From the IMG/VR virus record IMGVR_UViG_3300042305_000730, positions 32,979 to 96,978 of that record: DNA of 64,000 nucleotides, one strand, 5' to 3'. The translations under genes were made by a program, and so were the position numbers. The notes beneath the pieces were generated by a model. It searched no databases. It worked only from the letters and a program-made list of their open reading frames with translations, and was not told the DNA's origin. The stretch's first letter is position 1. The number at the start of each line of letters is the position of its first letter. This document shows, in pieces, positions 34,497-43,971 of the stretch. This DNA comes from a virus.

Positions 34497-35364
34497 CCTC
34501 ACTTCTCCAACATGTATTTTTATAAGAACAGAACTTGCAACCAAATGCTGACGAAGACTCAGCCCACATCGGTCTCATTGGGGGAATGTCTTGCTTTAAT
34601 GCTGCCATCAATCGTTTGCAGTTGTCAAGCATGGGTTGAACTAATTCAGGGGTAAACCCAACAACAAACTCTTTTACTTCTTGTGTAGGTTTCCATTCAT
34701 ACAAGAAGACCATCTCATGTACTCCCGTGCAATACATGTAAAGCAATCCCTGTTTGATATGGCTTGGGAAAGGTTGTCTAATTTTCTTCCACAAGCCATC
34801 TAAAGTCAAGTTACCTTTTTGGTAATCTTTAAACAGATCTGGCGCTTCAAACCGAACCGTACCCAAACCAATAGACTTAATTTCAATCAATGCACGGCCT
34901 TTAGCGTCATTGATAATCCCATCAGCGTGACCAAGAATCATGTGCTCTTCGTTGCTTAATGGTATTTCACGGTAAATAGGTTGAGCAGTAATACAGATTG
35001 GGCAAAATTGTGGGCTAACTCCCTCCCACTCATGTCTGCATCTGGCGTTAGAGCATTGCCAAAGCCCCTCCAACACTCCAGCATGGTTTAGCCATCCTTG
35101 CCACTTTGCATGAATGTAGTGACCTTCTGCAAACACATTAAGACGTTGAAAGGAAAAACTCTCAGGGTCTTTTGGGTGGTCTCTGATGGTGTACCAGTTA
35201 GCCCGAGGGCACCAATCACGCTTGGCTAATTCACTTGGGTGAATGTGGGCAGTGTCTCTAGTACTTTCACGAGCAGCAGTATCTTTAAGAATTTGTACGG
35301 CTACTGTAGGTAGAACACGACCATTCATGGTGAGCATTTTTAAATAGTCATTACGCTCACCCAT
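34411..35364 (-). CDS. Cas4-like PD-(D/E)XK exonuclease
   Basis: HPSEL...WCPR...GHADG...IEIKS...Q..LY...CKFCSYKNTCW. Confidence 0.8.
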   Translation of the reverse strand: MGERNDYLKMLTMNGRVLPTVAVQILKDTAARESTRDTAHIHPSELAKRDWCPRANWYTIRDHPKDPESFSFQRLNVFAEGHYIHAKWQGWLNHAGVLEGLWQCSNARCRHEWEGVSPQFCPICITAQPIYREIPLSNEEHMILGHADGIINDAKGRALIEIKSIGLGTVRFEAPDLFKDYQKGNLTLDGLWKKIRQPFPSHIKQGLLYMYCTGVHEMVFLYEWKPTQEVKEFVVGFTPELVQPMLDNCKRLMAALKQDIPPMRPMWAESSSAFGCKFCSYKNTCWRSEDDSNDTDTRDGFVSSKLSVTKKTKRSSS

Positions 35365-35515
35365 ACTTATCCCACTTTTTAGTCTTAAATTCTTGCTTTA
35401 GATTGACCTGCATAGCATGTTGGTAATACTCTTTAGCACGAAGCACGTCTATTAAACGGTTTTTGTGATAGTTCTCTGCAAGACGTAGGCACTCTGCTAA
35501 CTGTGTGTTATTCAC
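35357..35515 (-). CDS. small hypothetical protein (52 aa)
   Basis: Hand-translated from GTG; fills the gap. Confidence 0.45.
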   Translation of the reverse strand: MNNTQLAECLRLAENYHKNRLIDVLRAKEYYQHAMQVNLKQEFKTKKWDKYG

Positions 35516-35843
35516 CAATCATCTCCAAAAAGTCGTCCTCAGTGAGGATTACATAATTTCTATTAGCAAGGTCAAACTGTAAAATAGGAACCCGTTCTTC
35601 AGCAATTGCTCGTAAACGTAATTCCCTTAAATCTAATTCTTTAATTGTAATCGTCTTCATGTTCTCTGTCAACTTATTTTCAATAAGAAAGTCATGGCTT
35701 CTTACGTCATTCTTACGAAGCCAACCAGCACCTGACCGAGCATTACGAGAACCATTGTAGAGTTTTGCCGAACGCTTTTCTTGCTTTACGGATTTCTTTA
35801 GTATTTTCTTTTGACGATCAGGGTCTTGACCAATTGTGGTCAC
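35508..35843 (-). CDS. PD-(D/E)XK nuclease / resolvase-like
   Basis: QEKR.AK...SGAGW.RKNDV...LIENKLT. Confidence 0.65.
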   Translation of the reverse strand: MTTIGQDPDRQKKILKKSVKQEKRSAKLYNGSRNARSGAGWLRKNDVRSHDFLIENKLTENMKTITIKELDLRELRLRAIAEERVPILQFDLANRNYVILTEDDFLEMIGE

Positions 35844-36862
35844 CTTGCAACTCCGTAATGCTTCTCAACTTTAGCAATCAAATCTTTCTGCATGCCAAGG
35901 TCTTCACGGAATGCATCAAGCATCTTGTCCTTACCTTGCCAACGACCTTCACCAAATGAGTAGTAAGCGCCAGCACGGGTAATGACCTCAATGGCAATGC
36001 CAATGTTCAGCATGTCCTTAAGGGTGTCATAGTCACCCTTTTCAAATCCTTGTGTTTGGGCAAAGTAAAAGTCAATAACTGCACTCTGGTTAGGGCGATA
36101 AGTCTTGTTCTTAAGCGTGCGAGCCTTAATAGTTTGACCTACAACTTCGTCCTTATCCTTTAACCACTCATCACGCTTAACTTCAACACGAGTAAAGTAT
36201 GCAAAGTTCTTTGCTAGACCACCTGGAGTAGTACGTGGATCGCCCCACATAACACCAATCTTCTGCCTCCACTGGTTAATCATTAAGCCAGTACATACAC
36301 GCTCATCAACAACCAAAGAGCGCTTCTGTGCCTCTGAGGATTTGCGAAAGAACTTAGAGGTAAGGCGAGCACCTAGACCAACAGTAAACTCTTCCATTGT
36401 CTTTTCTGATTCATCCCCAGGAACTAACGCTGGAAGGGAGTCAATAACAATAAGGTCTACCGCACGATTAGCCATAACCCTAATCACAAGGTTGTATGCC
36501 TGCTCCATGATGTTAGTTTCAACAATCCACATGCGCTCTAGGTCAACACCAATTGACTCTGCATACTCAGGGACAAACTCCTCAGCAGCAATCCATAGAC
36601 AAATAAACTCAGGATTTAGTTTTTGATTTTCTGCAATGGTCTTAAACGCAAGAGCAGTTTTACCAGAGGACTCTTCACCAATGATCTCACTCCACTGGTT
36701 TACGGGCCAGCCGCCACCAAGCATAAGGTCATATGACAAGATGCCAGTAGACAACCTCTCTAGTTTTCCACGGGTATCACTACCCTTAACAATTGTCCCT
36801 AATCCGTACTGCTTGTTGACTGAGTTGACAATTGAAGAAAGGCTATCCCAATTTGTGTCCAT
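35840..36862 (-). CDS. recA: RecA recombinase
   Basis: STGILSYDLMLGGG, GEESSGKT, VIDS, INQWR.KIGVM.GDP.TTPGG; start re-called after AGGAG. Confidence 0.93.
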   Translation of the reverse strand: MDTNWDSLSSIVNSVNKQYGLGTIVKGSDTRGKLERLSTGILSYDLMLGGGWPVNQWSEIIGEESSGKTALAFKTIAENQKLNPEFICLWIAAEEFVPEYAESIGVDLERMWIVETNIMEQAYNLVIRVMANRAVDLIVIDSLPALVPGDESEKTMEEFTVGLGARLTSKFFRKSSEAQKRSLVVDERVCTGLMINQWRQKIGVMWGDPRTTPGGLAKNFAYFTRVEVKRDEWLKDKDEVVGQTIKARTLKNKTYRPNQSAVIDFYFAQTQGFEKGDYDTLKDMLNIGIAIEVITRAGAYYSFGEGRWQGKDKMLDAFREDLGMQKDLIAKVEKHYGVAR

Positions 36863-36875
36863 GTATTTCTCCTGT

Positions 36876-37244
36876 TCATGCTGACCAAGATATTTGATCC
36901 GCTTGTTCGTATAGTCCGTTCCAGCCACACTCAAAGCATCTCGGTGCAGGTACGTTACCACCTGCCGATGCATTTGCACGACTAAACACGTTTTTACTTC
37001 CACATCTTGGGCAAGACAAACCACCATCTAAACGTTGTGCTTCCCCACCCTTCCATGAGCGTAAAGCCGTACCCATGTCAACTTTTCCATCAGCATCGGG
37101 AACAGGTCTTGCTTGCTCTGATGCTTGAACTATTGCACGAGCCTGTTGTTGTAGTGCTGGCAAAATATGATTAGGTGTAGTCGGCACCGCAGGTCTACGT
37201 TCTACTGTTTTATTGTTTAACTTGTTGTCCCACCAACTAGCCAT
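36876..37244 (-). CDS. zinc-ribbon protein
   Basis: CPRCGS...RCFECG. Confidence 0.7.
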   Translation of the reverse strand: MASWWDNKLNNKTVERRPAVPTTPNHILPALQQQARAIVQASEQARPVPDADGKVDMGTALRSWKGGEAQRLDGGLSCPRCGSKNVFSRANASAGGNVPAPRCFECGWNGLYEQADQISWSA

Positions 37245-37623
37245 CGTAATCCATCTCCTCTTCCCAATCTAAAAAACTGTCAGGTGATATTAAAGCAATA
37301 ACATTGTTCTCTAGCAACTTTTGAACAAGAGCCATCCCATATGACAGCAATACTGTCTTTGATCCGTCAACCATCCTAGTACTAGGTTTCTCATCTTCAC
37401 CCATGGTAACTTCTAAAACTTCTGTAAACCAATTAACTGCTTCTTCAACCTCATCGTACACACCAAAATCATGTAAAACATCCCATTGGGAGTTAATTAA
37501 TTCGGATTCCATGTCCTGTACTTCTTTGGATGGTGGGGTAAGCCCCATATGTTGGGCCAGTTCTTGACCAGATGGTAATGAGAGCATTAAACAAAAGTTT
37601 CGTTTTTCACCGACAGATCTCAT
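37237..37623 (-). CDS. hypothetical protein
   Basis: ATGA-coupled to the polymerase gene. Confidence 0.65.
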   Translation of the reverse strand: MRSVGEKRNFCLMLSLPSGQELAQHMGLTPPSKEVQDMESELINSQWDVLHDFGVYDEVEEAVNWFTEVLEVTMGEDEKPSTRMVDGSKTVLLSYGMALVQKLLENNVIALISPDSFLDWEEEMDYDG

Positions 37624-39671
37624 TTTCCTTTTGCCTCCGACCAACTAGTTGCTGCATGACAGGACACTTTAAGTGTTACTCCCATAATACTCCTGCCATG
37701 CCCCATTGCAGAAACTAGCGTCTGCATTGCAGACTCTTCTTCTTCTTTAGGAGCAATAACCACAAGTTCGTCATGTACCTGTACCAGCATCTTGACATTG
37801 GTACCACTAAACGCTGCGTCCACGTCAATCATAGCCTGTTTACAAATGTCTGCGGCACTTCCTTGAATAATGGCGTTGATGGCTTGACGTTGGGCACGAG
37901 AAACATCAAACTGCCTAGTCAAGTTAAGACCAGGAAGCCTCCTACGCCTACCACTCAAGGTAGATACGTAGCCTGCCTTTGTACCTAAAGCAATGGCAAC
38001 TTGCTTCCACTTGGTTAGGCCAGAGAAACTCTTATAGTAAGCGTTGAGAATCTCTTCAGCATGTTCATCAGAGATGCCTGTCGTCCTAGCCAGTTTTGCA
38101 GAGCCACCACCATAGGCAGTAAGGAAGTTCACACCCTTACCAATCTGGCGCTCCTCTGAAGTTACTTCTGACAAATCTTTCCTAAAGACTGCTGCCGCTG
38201 TAGCGGCGTGAATGTCCTCATTGTTTTTAAAAATGCGAAGTAACTGGGGGTCTTGACTAAACATCGCCATAACACGCAACTCAATTTGATCGTAGTCAGC
38301 AACTAACATGGTGTATCCCTCAGGCGGAACAAACAACCCTCGGATGCTGGAGTCACGTGGAATGTTCTGCAAGTTTGGGTCATTGGATGACAACCTACCT
38401 GTAGCAGTTCGGTGCAGGTTATAGGAGGGGTGCAACTTCCCGTTATTTAGTTTAGGGATCAAACCATCAACGTAAGTAGATTTTAACTTCTGTAGTTCAG
38501 AATATGAAAGCAGTAAGGGAACCAAAGGGTGATCCTCTCGTAACTTCTCTAGGGCTTCCATGTCTACGGATGGTGCACCTTTAGGTGTTTTCTTGTGGGG
38601 CTTCAAACCTAAACCACCATCACGCTTTTTGTTAAACAAGTACTGTTGCTTGTCTTTATTGGAGTCAGGGTTAAACCCTGCGTAGGACATATCAGTAATT
38701 TCAAGCAAGCAATCACGTTGTTTAATCTCTAAATCTTTACGAAGGTCTTTGAGGGCACTGGTCTTTACCGTGATTCCCTCATCTTCCATGTTCATAATTA
38801 CCCGCAAAACTTCCATATCTTGTTTAAGTGCTGGCAAAATAGATTCTGAGAGGCGCAACTTAGCCTTCAATTTGGTATACAGCAACCAAGTCCAACGAGC
38901 ATCCAAATGCACGTAACGAGCCGCTTTATCAAAGGGAACCGTATCAATAACAGATCCTAACTTGCCTTCTTTTGCGTAAGCATCATGCCCATCAAAGTTA
39001 CGCATAATTAGTTTCTTCAATGAAAACTCAGGGACATTCTCATCTTCAAGGTGTTGGAGAATCATTGTGTCCATGTATGGACCTGGTGGTAGTTCTCCGT
39101 AGTACTTCTTAATAGAGCGAGCATCAAACTTTACGTTATGTCCTACCTTGATGAGGTCGCTAAAGAAAATTGGGCGCAACGCCTCAAAGACCTCTGAACG
39201 AGACAGTTGTGGTGGTGCAGGCGAATATTCTCCAGGAATGACGTACTTAGCCTTAGCCATAGACTCGTTGCCGTTTTCTAGCAACTTACGATAACCAGTT
39301 GGTGGAATGGTTGTACCATCGCCCCGTTGTTCAGGAACAATAATGTCTCCTAATTTGTGGCCCATTGGTATTGCCCATGAGTGCCCTGCCGTAGCAATGC
39401 TGATCCAAAACACCTCATTACGAAGAGGGTCTAGGGCTAAGTCTTTTAAGTACCTAGAACGAATTGTTTCCGTTGAACTAGCAATTATGGCGCTCCCTGG
39501 GTTCTTGAGAGTTGCAATGTGTTCCTTACACTCTTTTTCAAAAAGTTTAAGAAAATCATCATGCCTCTCAAGAACCCCACGGGATTCCACGTCAAAAGCA
39601 AACTCTCCTGCTTTTGTTACTACTTCTACAAGGGTTGTCAACTGCTCTACGGTGTGCACCGTATGACGCAT
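37620..39671 (-). CDS. polA: family A DNA polymerase with 3'-5' exonuclease
   Basis: FDVES, GHNVKFD, TATGRLSS..PNLQNIP, ADYDQIELR, K.VNF...YG, VQVHDEL. Confidence 0.95.
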   Translation of the reverse strand: MRHTVHTVEQLTTLVEVVTKAGEFAFDVESRGVLERHDDFLKLFEKECKEHIATLKNPGSAIIASSTETIRSRYLKDLALDPLRNEVFWISIATAGHSWAIPMGHKLGDIIVPEQRGDGTTIPPTGYRKLLENGNESMAKAKYVIPGEYSPAPPQLSRSEVFEALRPIFFSDLIKVGHNVKFDARSIKKYYGELPPGPYMDTMILQHLEDENVPEFSLKKLIMRNFDGHDAYAKEGKLGSVIDTVPFDKAARYVHLDARWTWLLYTKLKAKLRLSESILPALKQDMEVLRVIMNMEDEGITVKTSALKDLRKDLEIKQRDCLLEITDMSYAGFNPDSNKDKQQYLFNKKRDGGLGLKPHKKTPKGAPSVDMEALEKLREDHPLVPLLLSYSELQKLKSTYVDGLIPKLNNGKLHPSYNLHRTATGRLSSNDPNLQNIPRDSSIRGLFVPPEGYTMLVADYDQIELRVMAMFSQDPQLLRIFKNNEDIHAATAAAVFRKDLSEVTSEERQIGKGVNFLTAYGGGSAKLARTTGISDEHAEEILNAYYKSFSGLTKWKQVAIALGTKAGYVSTLSGRRRRLPGLNLTRQFDVSRAQRQAINAIIQGSAADICKQAMIDVDAAFSGTNVKMLVQVHDELVVIAPKEEEESAMQTLVSAMGHGRSIMGVTLKVSCHAATSWSEAKGK

Positions 39672-39676
39672 GTTAA

Positions 39677-40396
39677 CTACCTAGCGTCAAGCAGTTCAGT
39701 AGCAACTTCCAACAAGTCAGAGCGTGTTGGGATTTGGATGATGCTTGGGTCATAGGCGTTGTTTACCAAGACCTTCATACCGTCCTCTGTGATTGGAGTA
39801 AGTTTCCACTCTTCAAGGTCACGCTCACGAACCATCTGCAAGATGGTCTGTGTCTGTGCTCCCTTGCCAGTCTTGGAAACTGCCCAGTAATGCTTGGACA
39901 ATGGTCCCTGACGTGGGTCAAGATGGAAGTTCTTCAACTGGTCAATCAACCGAACACCAACCTCAAACGACTTAACGACTGGGTCTTCTCCATTCGCAAG
40001 CAACGCAATGTTGAATGCAAACTTGGTGCTTGGGCGATTACCTGCATCACATAGCGGGCAACCATTTGGGTCATCGTGCAAGCAAACAAATGACTTTTGG
40101 CCTTGACGACCATCAATCCAGTGTGTGCGAAATGAAGCGTATGGCTCATCTTCAAGAAACTTAATTACTTGTGTTTCCTCAAGAACCTTAAAACGCTGTG
40201 CGTAAGGTGATGCTGCTTCTTGAACACGATCTGCTGCACCCCAACCACGCTTAATGGTTCGGGCTGTTGCTGTTGGTGCGGCTGGTTCAAAACCAGTATC
40301 GGGCTTTGCCGTTACTGCTGGTTTTTCTGTAGGTGCCGTAGGAGTTGCAAACTCCTGTTCGTCATCTTCGTAATCATCATAGCGGTTCGTTGTCAT
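39677..40396 (-). CDS. single-stranded DNA-binding protein (gp32-like)
   Basis: IKFL...HW...CL...CPLC...GKGAQT; next to the polymerase. Confidence 0.7.
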   Translation of the reverse strand: MTTNRYDDYEDDEQEFATPTAPTEKPAVTAKPDTGFEPAAPTATARTIKRGWGAADRVQEAASPYAQRFKVLEETQVIKFLEDEPYASFRTHWIDGRQGQKSFVCLHDDPNGCPLCDAGNRPSTKFAFNIALLANGEDPVVKSFEVGVRLIDQLKNFHLDPRQGPLSKHYWAVSKTGKGAQTQTILQMVRERDLEEWKLTPITEDGMKVLVNNAYDPSIIQIPTRSDLLEVATELLDAR

Positions 40397-40428
40397 GTGT
40401 ACTTTCTCTGCTTTCTGTTGTTTGTTTT

Positions 40429-40848
40429 TTACTTAGTCCATTGTTCTTTAATGTGCTTTTTAAAACCTGCCCAGTTTGCTTTATTGGGTTGGGGATTATC
40501 CAAACCAAAATGCTGTACTGAGTAGATAAGTAACTCTACCTGCTTTCTGCTGTAAAGTCTACGACCCTTAGCAGTTTTTCCTGGAAGTTGTTGACCATAA
40601 GGTGCAGGTGCCCTAAAGGTCGCTGTCGGGATAAATCCCTTTGTTTCCCAAGATCTTATAGTTACCGCTTTGCGATTTAACGCTTTGGCAACCTCCCCCA
40701 CCGTGTAAAAAGTTTGCTCTTCACCACGAATAGAATAGACAATAGGGTGCAACAAAGAAAAAGGATCTTCAATCCTTGTTGGCTTTCGCTTTTTCCTGTT
40801 TTTCGGAGGAGTTTTGCCAGGGTAATCATTTAAACTTTCAGAGCCCAT
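40429..40848 (-). CDS. MerR-type HTH DNA-binding protein
   Basis: YTVGEVAKALNRKAVTIRSWE.KG.IP...RRLYSRKQV. Confidence 0.8.
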   Translation of the reverse strand: MGSESLNDYPGKTPPKNRKKRKPTRIEDPFSLLHPIVYSIRGEEQTFYTVGEVAKALNRKAVTIRSWETKGFIPTATFRAPAPYGQQLPGKTAKGRRLYSRKQVELLIYSVQHFGLDNPQPNKANWAGFKKHIKEQWTK

Positions 40849-41249
40849 GTTTCTTTCTCTACGTAAAAAGTCTTAATTGTTTCTTGGATGGCATCATTGT
40901 TCCATGCAAGACCAAGAAGTTTATCCTCACTGAGGACTTCAACAATTTCCCTCACAGTTTCCCAGTGACCATTCTGTTTTGCCCATGCCTCAGCAGCACT
41001 AGAATTAAACGACTTAGAAATCCTACGCTCACGCTTAAATTCTAAGTCACCCATATCAATCCAAAGGTTTCCCTTTTCGTCAGGCTGTCCATAGGTTACC
41101 AACATCTGTGTCAAATCAGCCTTTAAAGCATCAACACGTTTCTGAGTCATTTCCAACATGTGTTTATGATTTTTATACTCATCCACAAGCATGCGGGTGT
41201 GCTGTTTATCAAAATCTGATGCTGGTGTTTCCCTTACAATTTGTGCCAT
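40830..41249 (-). CDS. hypothetical protein (coiled-coil N-terminus)
   Basis: ORF in replication operon. Confidence 0.65.
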   Translation of the reverse strand: MAQIVRETPASDFDKQHTRMLVDEYKNHKHMLEMTQKRVDALKADLTQMLVTYGQPDEKGNLWIDMGDLEFKRERRISKSFNSSAAEAWAKQNGHWETVREIVEVLSEDKLLGLAWNNDAIQETIKTFYVEKETWALKV

Positions 41250-41253
41250 GTTA

Positions 41254-41511
41254 TTAACCAATCTCAATCTGGTTTTTTGTTGTAATAATTTTGCCTGACA
41301 TGTTAAATGAATGCATTAAATCACAAATTAATTCAGATGCTTCTGTTTCAGTCAATGCTTTTTTCCAGTTTGGTGCTTCCAAAAAAGACCTATCAACAAG
41401 TGCTGTCATTTTGCCCATAATGTATGGCAAATGCTCATCCCAATGTTTATTAACTTCGTGATAATTGTCCCTATCAACTCCTGATTTTGTTTTCATATCT
41501 GTGAATTTCAT
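41254..41511 (-). CDS. hypothetical protein
   Basis: SD AAGGAGG. Confidence 0.6.
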   Translation of the reverse strand: MKFTDMKTKSGVDRDNYHEVNKHWDEHLPYIMGKMTALVDRSFLEAPNWKKALTETEASELICDLMHSFNMSGKIITTKNQIEIG

Positions 41512-41513
41512 AT

Positions 41514-43061
41514 TTATACCTCCTTGTGTCGTAGGAACTCTGAAAGAGCGCCTAAGTTTAATTGAAAACTTCCCTTATTATCATAACCACCATCAATAAA
41601 TGCTTTATTGATTCCTCGTTTTTCCTGCAACATTTCGTATTGCCTCTCTTCAATGCTACCTTTCATAACGAAGGAGACCACATTAACGTGTGGAAACTCA
41701 GATGACAACCTAATGATTCTGGCTTCTCGTTGGTCTAGTTTGCCAGCACTCCATGGAAGGTCATAGGAGATAAGGTAATTGGCAATTGGTAGGTCAACAC
41801 CATAGCCACCTGCATCTGAGGAAAGAAATAGCCTGGTGTTTGGGTCGGTGGAAAACTCTTGTTTAGCCTTATCCCTATCCATCATGTCCATACCCCCCAT
41901 AAATAGAACACTACGGGTGGTTGCTTTAGTTGCTTCTTGAATAAGGCGCAAATTGTTTTTAAAGAAAGAAAACAAAACAACTTTGTTCTTAGGATTTTCT
42001 TCTAAGACATCTGTAATGTACTGAACTACTGCATCAAGTTTAGGAGTATTAAAGTTATCTTGGATCAACCCTTGTGCTACTACTTGTGAAGCATGCTTGC
42101 TGCCTTGAGTGTTGCCGTCATCTAAGTACATTTCTGCAGACAACTTTACAAGCGCTGGGTTATCACAGAACATACGTAGAGTAGTTAGGCGAGACATAAT
42201 ATCTCCCTGTGCTTCCATGTTTTTATTGTTGCCATAGTAGTGGGCCCATAAATCAAAACCACGACCATGCTCAGTCATTGCTTTTTGAATAGCAGTCAAT
42301 AGGTCTTCTGCTAATTTTCGGTAAGTTATTGCACCAAAGGAATCAAAAGGAACTGGAACTACTTGCTGAATTACTACAGGTAATTGGTCAGCAATATCCT
42401 CACGAGTTTTACGGATCATTACATTTTCCATGCTGGTGTGCAATGACTTTAAATTTCTGTATCGTTTTGGTTTACCAAAGTGGTCACGCTCAATGAATGT
42501 CCTGTCAAACACTTCAAACTTTCCAAGGATAGTTGGGTCAACAAATTCCATAATAGAGAACAACTCTTCTGGGCGGTTCTCAATTGGCTGTCCTGTTAGT
42601 GCAAACCTATAGTGGTATTTCTTCCCAAGGCGTTTGATTAGCCGTGAGCGTTTTGCTCTTGGTGTTTTAATCATGGTTGCTTCATCTACAACAATTGCAT
42701 CAAACTTATGCTTTTCGTAGGAAGCAATGTCATTGGCAAGAGACTCAGGGTTGACAATAACGTACTGAGCACTTATGGCTGTTCTCCATAGTTTCTTCCT
42801 TGCAGCAATACCACCGTCAATAACAACACACGATGAGTCTGTAAACTTCTCAATCTCTCGTTTCCATTGGTACTTCAAAGAAGACGGTACGACAATAAGT
42901 GTTTTACAAACCTCACCCATCACTTGCAAATTTTCAATAGTTGCAATCGTAGTGATAGTCTTACCAGCACCCATCACAAGGGCCAAGAGCATTTGACCAC
43001 GGTCAACCATCTGTTCCGTGGCTTCTTCTTGAAAGGGGTATAACTTGCCCTTAAACATCAA
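41514..43061 (-). CDS. SNF2-family helicase
   Basis: MGAGKT, VVDEA, LTGQP, QREARIIR. Confidence 0.88.
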   Translation of the reverse strand: MMFKGKLYPFQEEATEQMVDRGQMLLALVMGAGKTITTIATIENLQVMGEVCKTLIVVPSSLKYQWKREIEKFTDSSCVVIDGGIAARKKLWRTAISAQYVIVNPESLANDIASYEKHKFDAIVVDEATMIKTPRAKRSRLIKRLGKKYHYRFALTGQPIENRPEELFSIMEFVDPTILGKFEVFDRTFIERDHFGKPKRYRNLKSLHTSMENVMIRKTREDIADQLPVVIQQVVPVPFDSFGAITYRKLAEDLLTAIQKAMTEHGRGFDLWAHYYGNNKNMEAQGDIMSRLTTLRMFCDNPALVKLSAEMYLDDGNTQGSKHASQVVAQGLIQDNFNTPKLDAVVQYITDVLEENPKNKVVLFSFFKNNLRLIQEATKATTRSVLFMGGMDMMDRDKAKQEFSTDPNTRLFLSSDAGGYGVDLPIANYLISYDLPWSAGKLDQREARIIRLSSEFPHVNVVSFVMKGSIEERQYEMLQEKRGINKAFIDGGYDNKGSFQLNLGALSEFLRHKEV

Positions 43062-43971
43062 GCCACCAGGGGAATACTGAGGCTTGGCTAACTGCTGTAA
43101 TTATTTGTGCGTGTGTCATTTCACCGATATCTTTTGCGTCCGTGTGTGCGTAGTGTAACCAGTTTACACCATGCCTGAATGCAGGTAACGCTTTTTGTAG
43201 TTTTTGGGCTGCAGAAATACCAGCAGAATCATTATCTAAAGCAATAATTAAACCGTCAAAGTGCTCTACAAGTAACCGTATCTGTTGTTTACTGATGTGA
43301 GCACCATAGGAAGCGACACCACACACCCCAGAAACTACCGTAGCCAAACGTGCTGCATCCAAAGGTGACTCTACAAGTACACCAATCGTGCAATCTGCCT
43401 TATCAATACCAAACAATGTTTCAGACTTCTTTACACCGATGGGATAATTACGAACCTGTGATGGTTGTTTTTCTTGCCAACCCAACAACTCCCCCATAGG
43501 TGACACGATAGGTAAAATCCAAGCCTGCTTACCTTCATCAAACCTAATGCCATATTTTCGTGCCGAATCTCGGTCAATGCCCCGTGTGAACAACCACTCG
43601 TCTGAAGGTGCAGGGAAAGAACTAAAAGACTTCCAATCAACTGTTGGCTTCTTTTCAAGGGGTGCAGTTGAGTTGAGCCTTTCTAAACCCTTAGCCACAA
43701 TAAAGGAGTGCACAGCAACAATAGAGTCAGACTCCCCAGTCAACTCAGAAACAAGCGAAGACAATGTCCCCTTAGCGCCACAGGAATAACACAACCATAA
43801 ACCTGTGTGGGCATTCATAGACCACGAGGGTGATGCATCCTCCTTACCAACACGATTAAAGTGCACTGGGCAACGTGCAGAAATTTCGTTCTCACCGATA
43901 CGCCGAACGTCCACACCTAAGTGCTGTAGCACATGTGCTACGTCAGTAATACCAGTTGTCTCGGTCATCAT
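43051..43971 (-). CDS. dnaG: DNA primase (CHC2 zinc finger + TOPRIM)
   Basis: CPVH...CYSC; LVESPLD; ALDND.AG; KDIGEM; start re-called after GAAGGGG. Confidence 0.85.
   Translation of the reverse strand: MMTETTGITDVAHVLQHLGVDVRRIGENEISARCPVHFNRVGKEDASPSWSMNAHTGLWLCYSCGAKGTLSSLVSELTGESDSIVAVHSFIVAKGLERLNSTAPLEKKPTVDWKSFSSFPAPSDEWLFTRGIDRDSARKYGIRFDEGKQAWILPIVSPMGELLGWQEKQPSQVRNYPIGVKKSETLFGIDKADCTIGVLVESPLDAARLATVVSGVCGVASYGAHISKQQIRLLVEHFDGLIIALDNDSAGISAAQKLQKALPAFRHGVNWLHYAHTDAKDIGEMTHAQIITAVSQASVFPWWLDV

Noticed and set aside
34411-35364. CRISPR-Cas locus
   Set aside because: A solo Cas4-like nuclease among recombination genes; no other cas genes and no repeat-spacer array seen.
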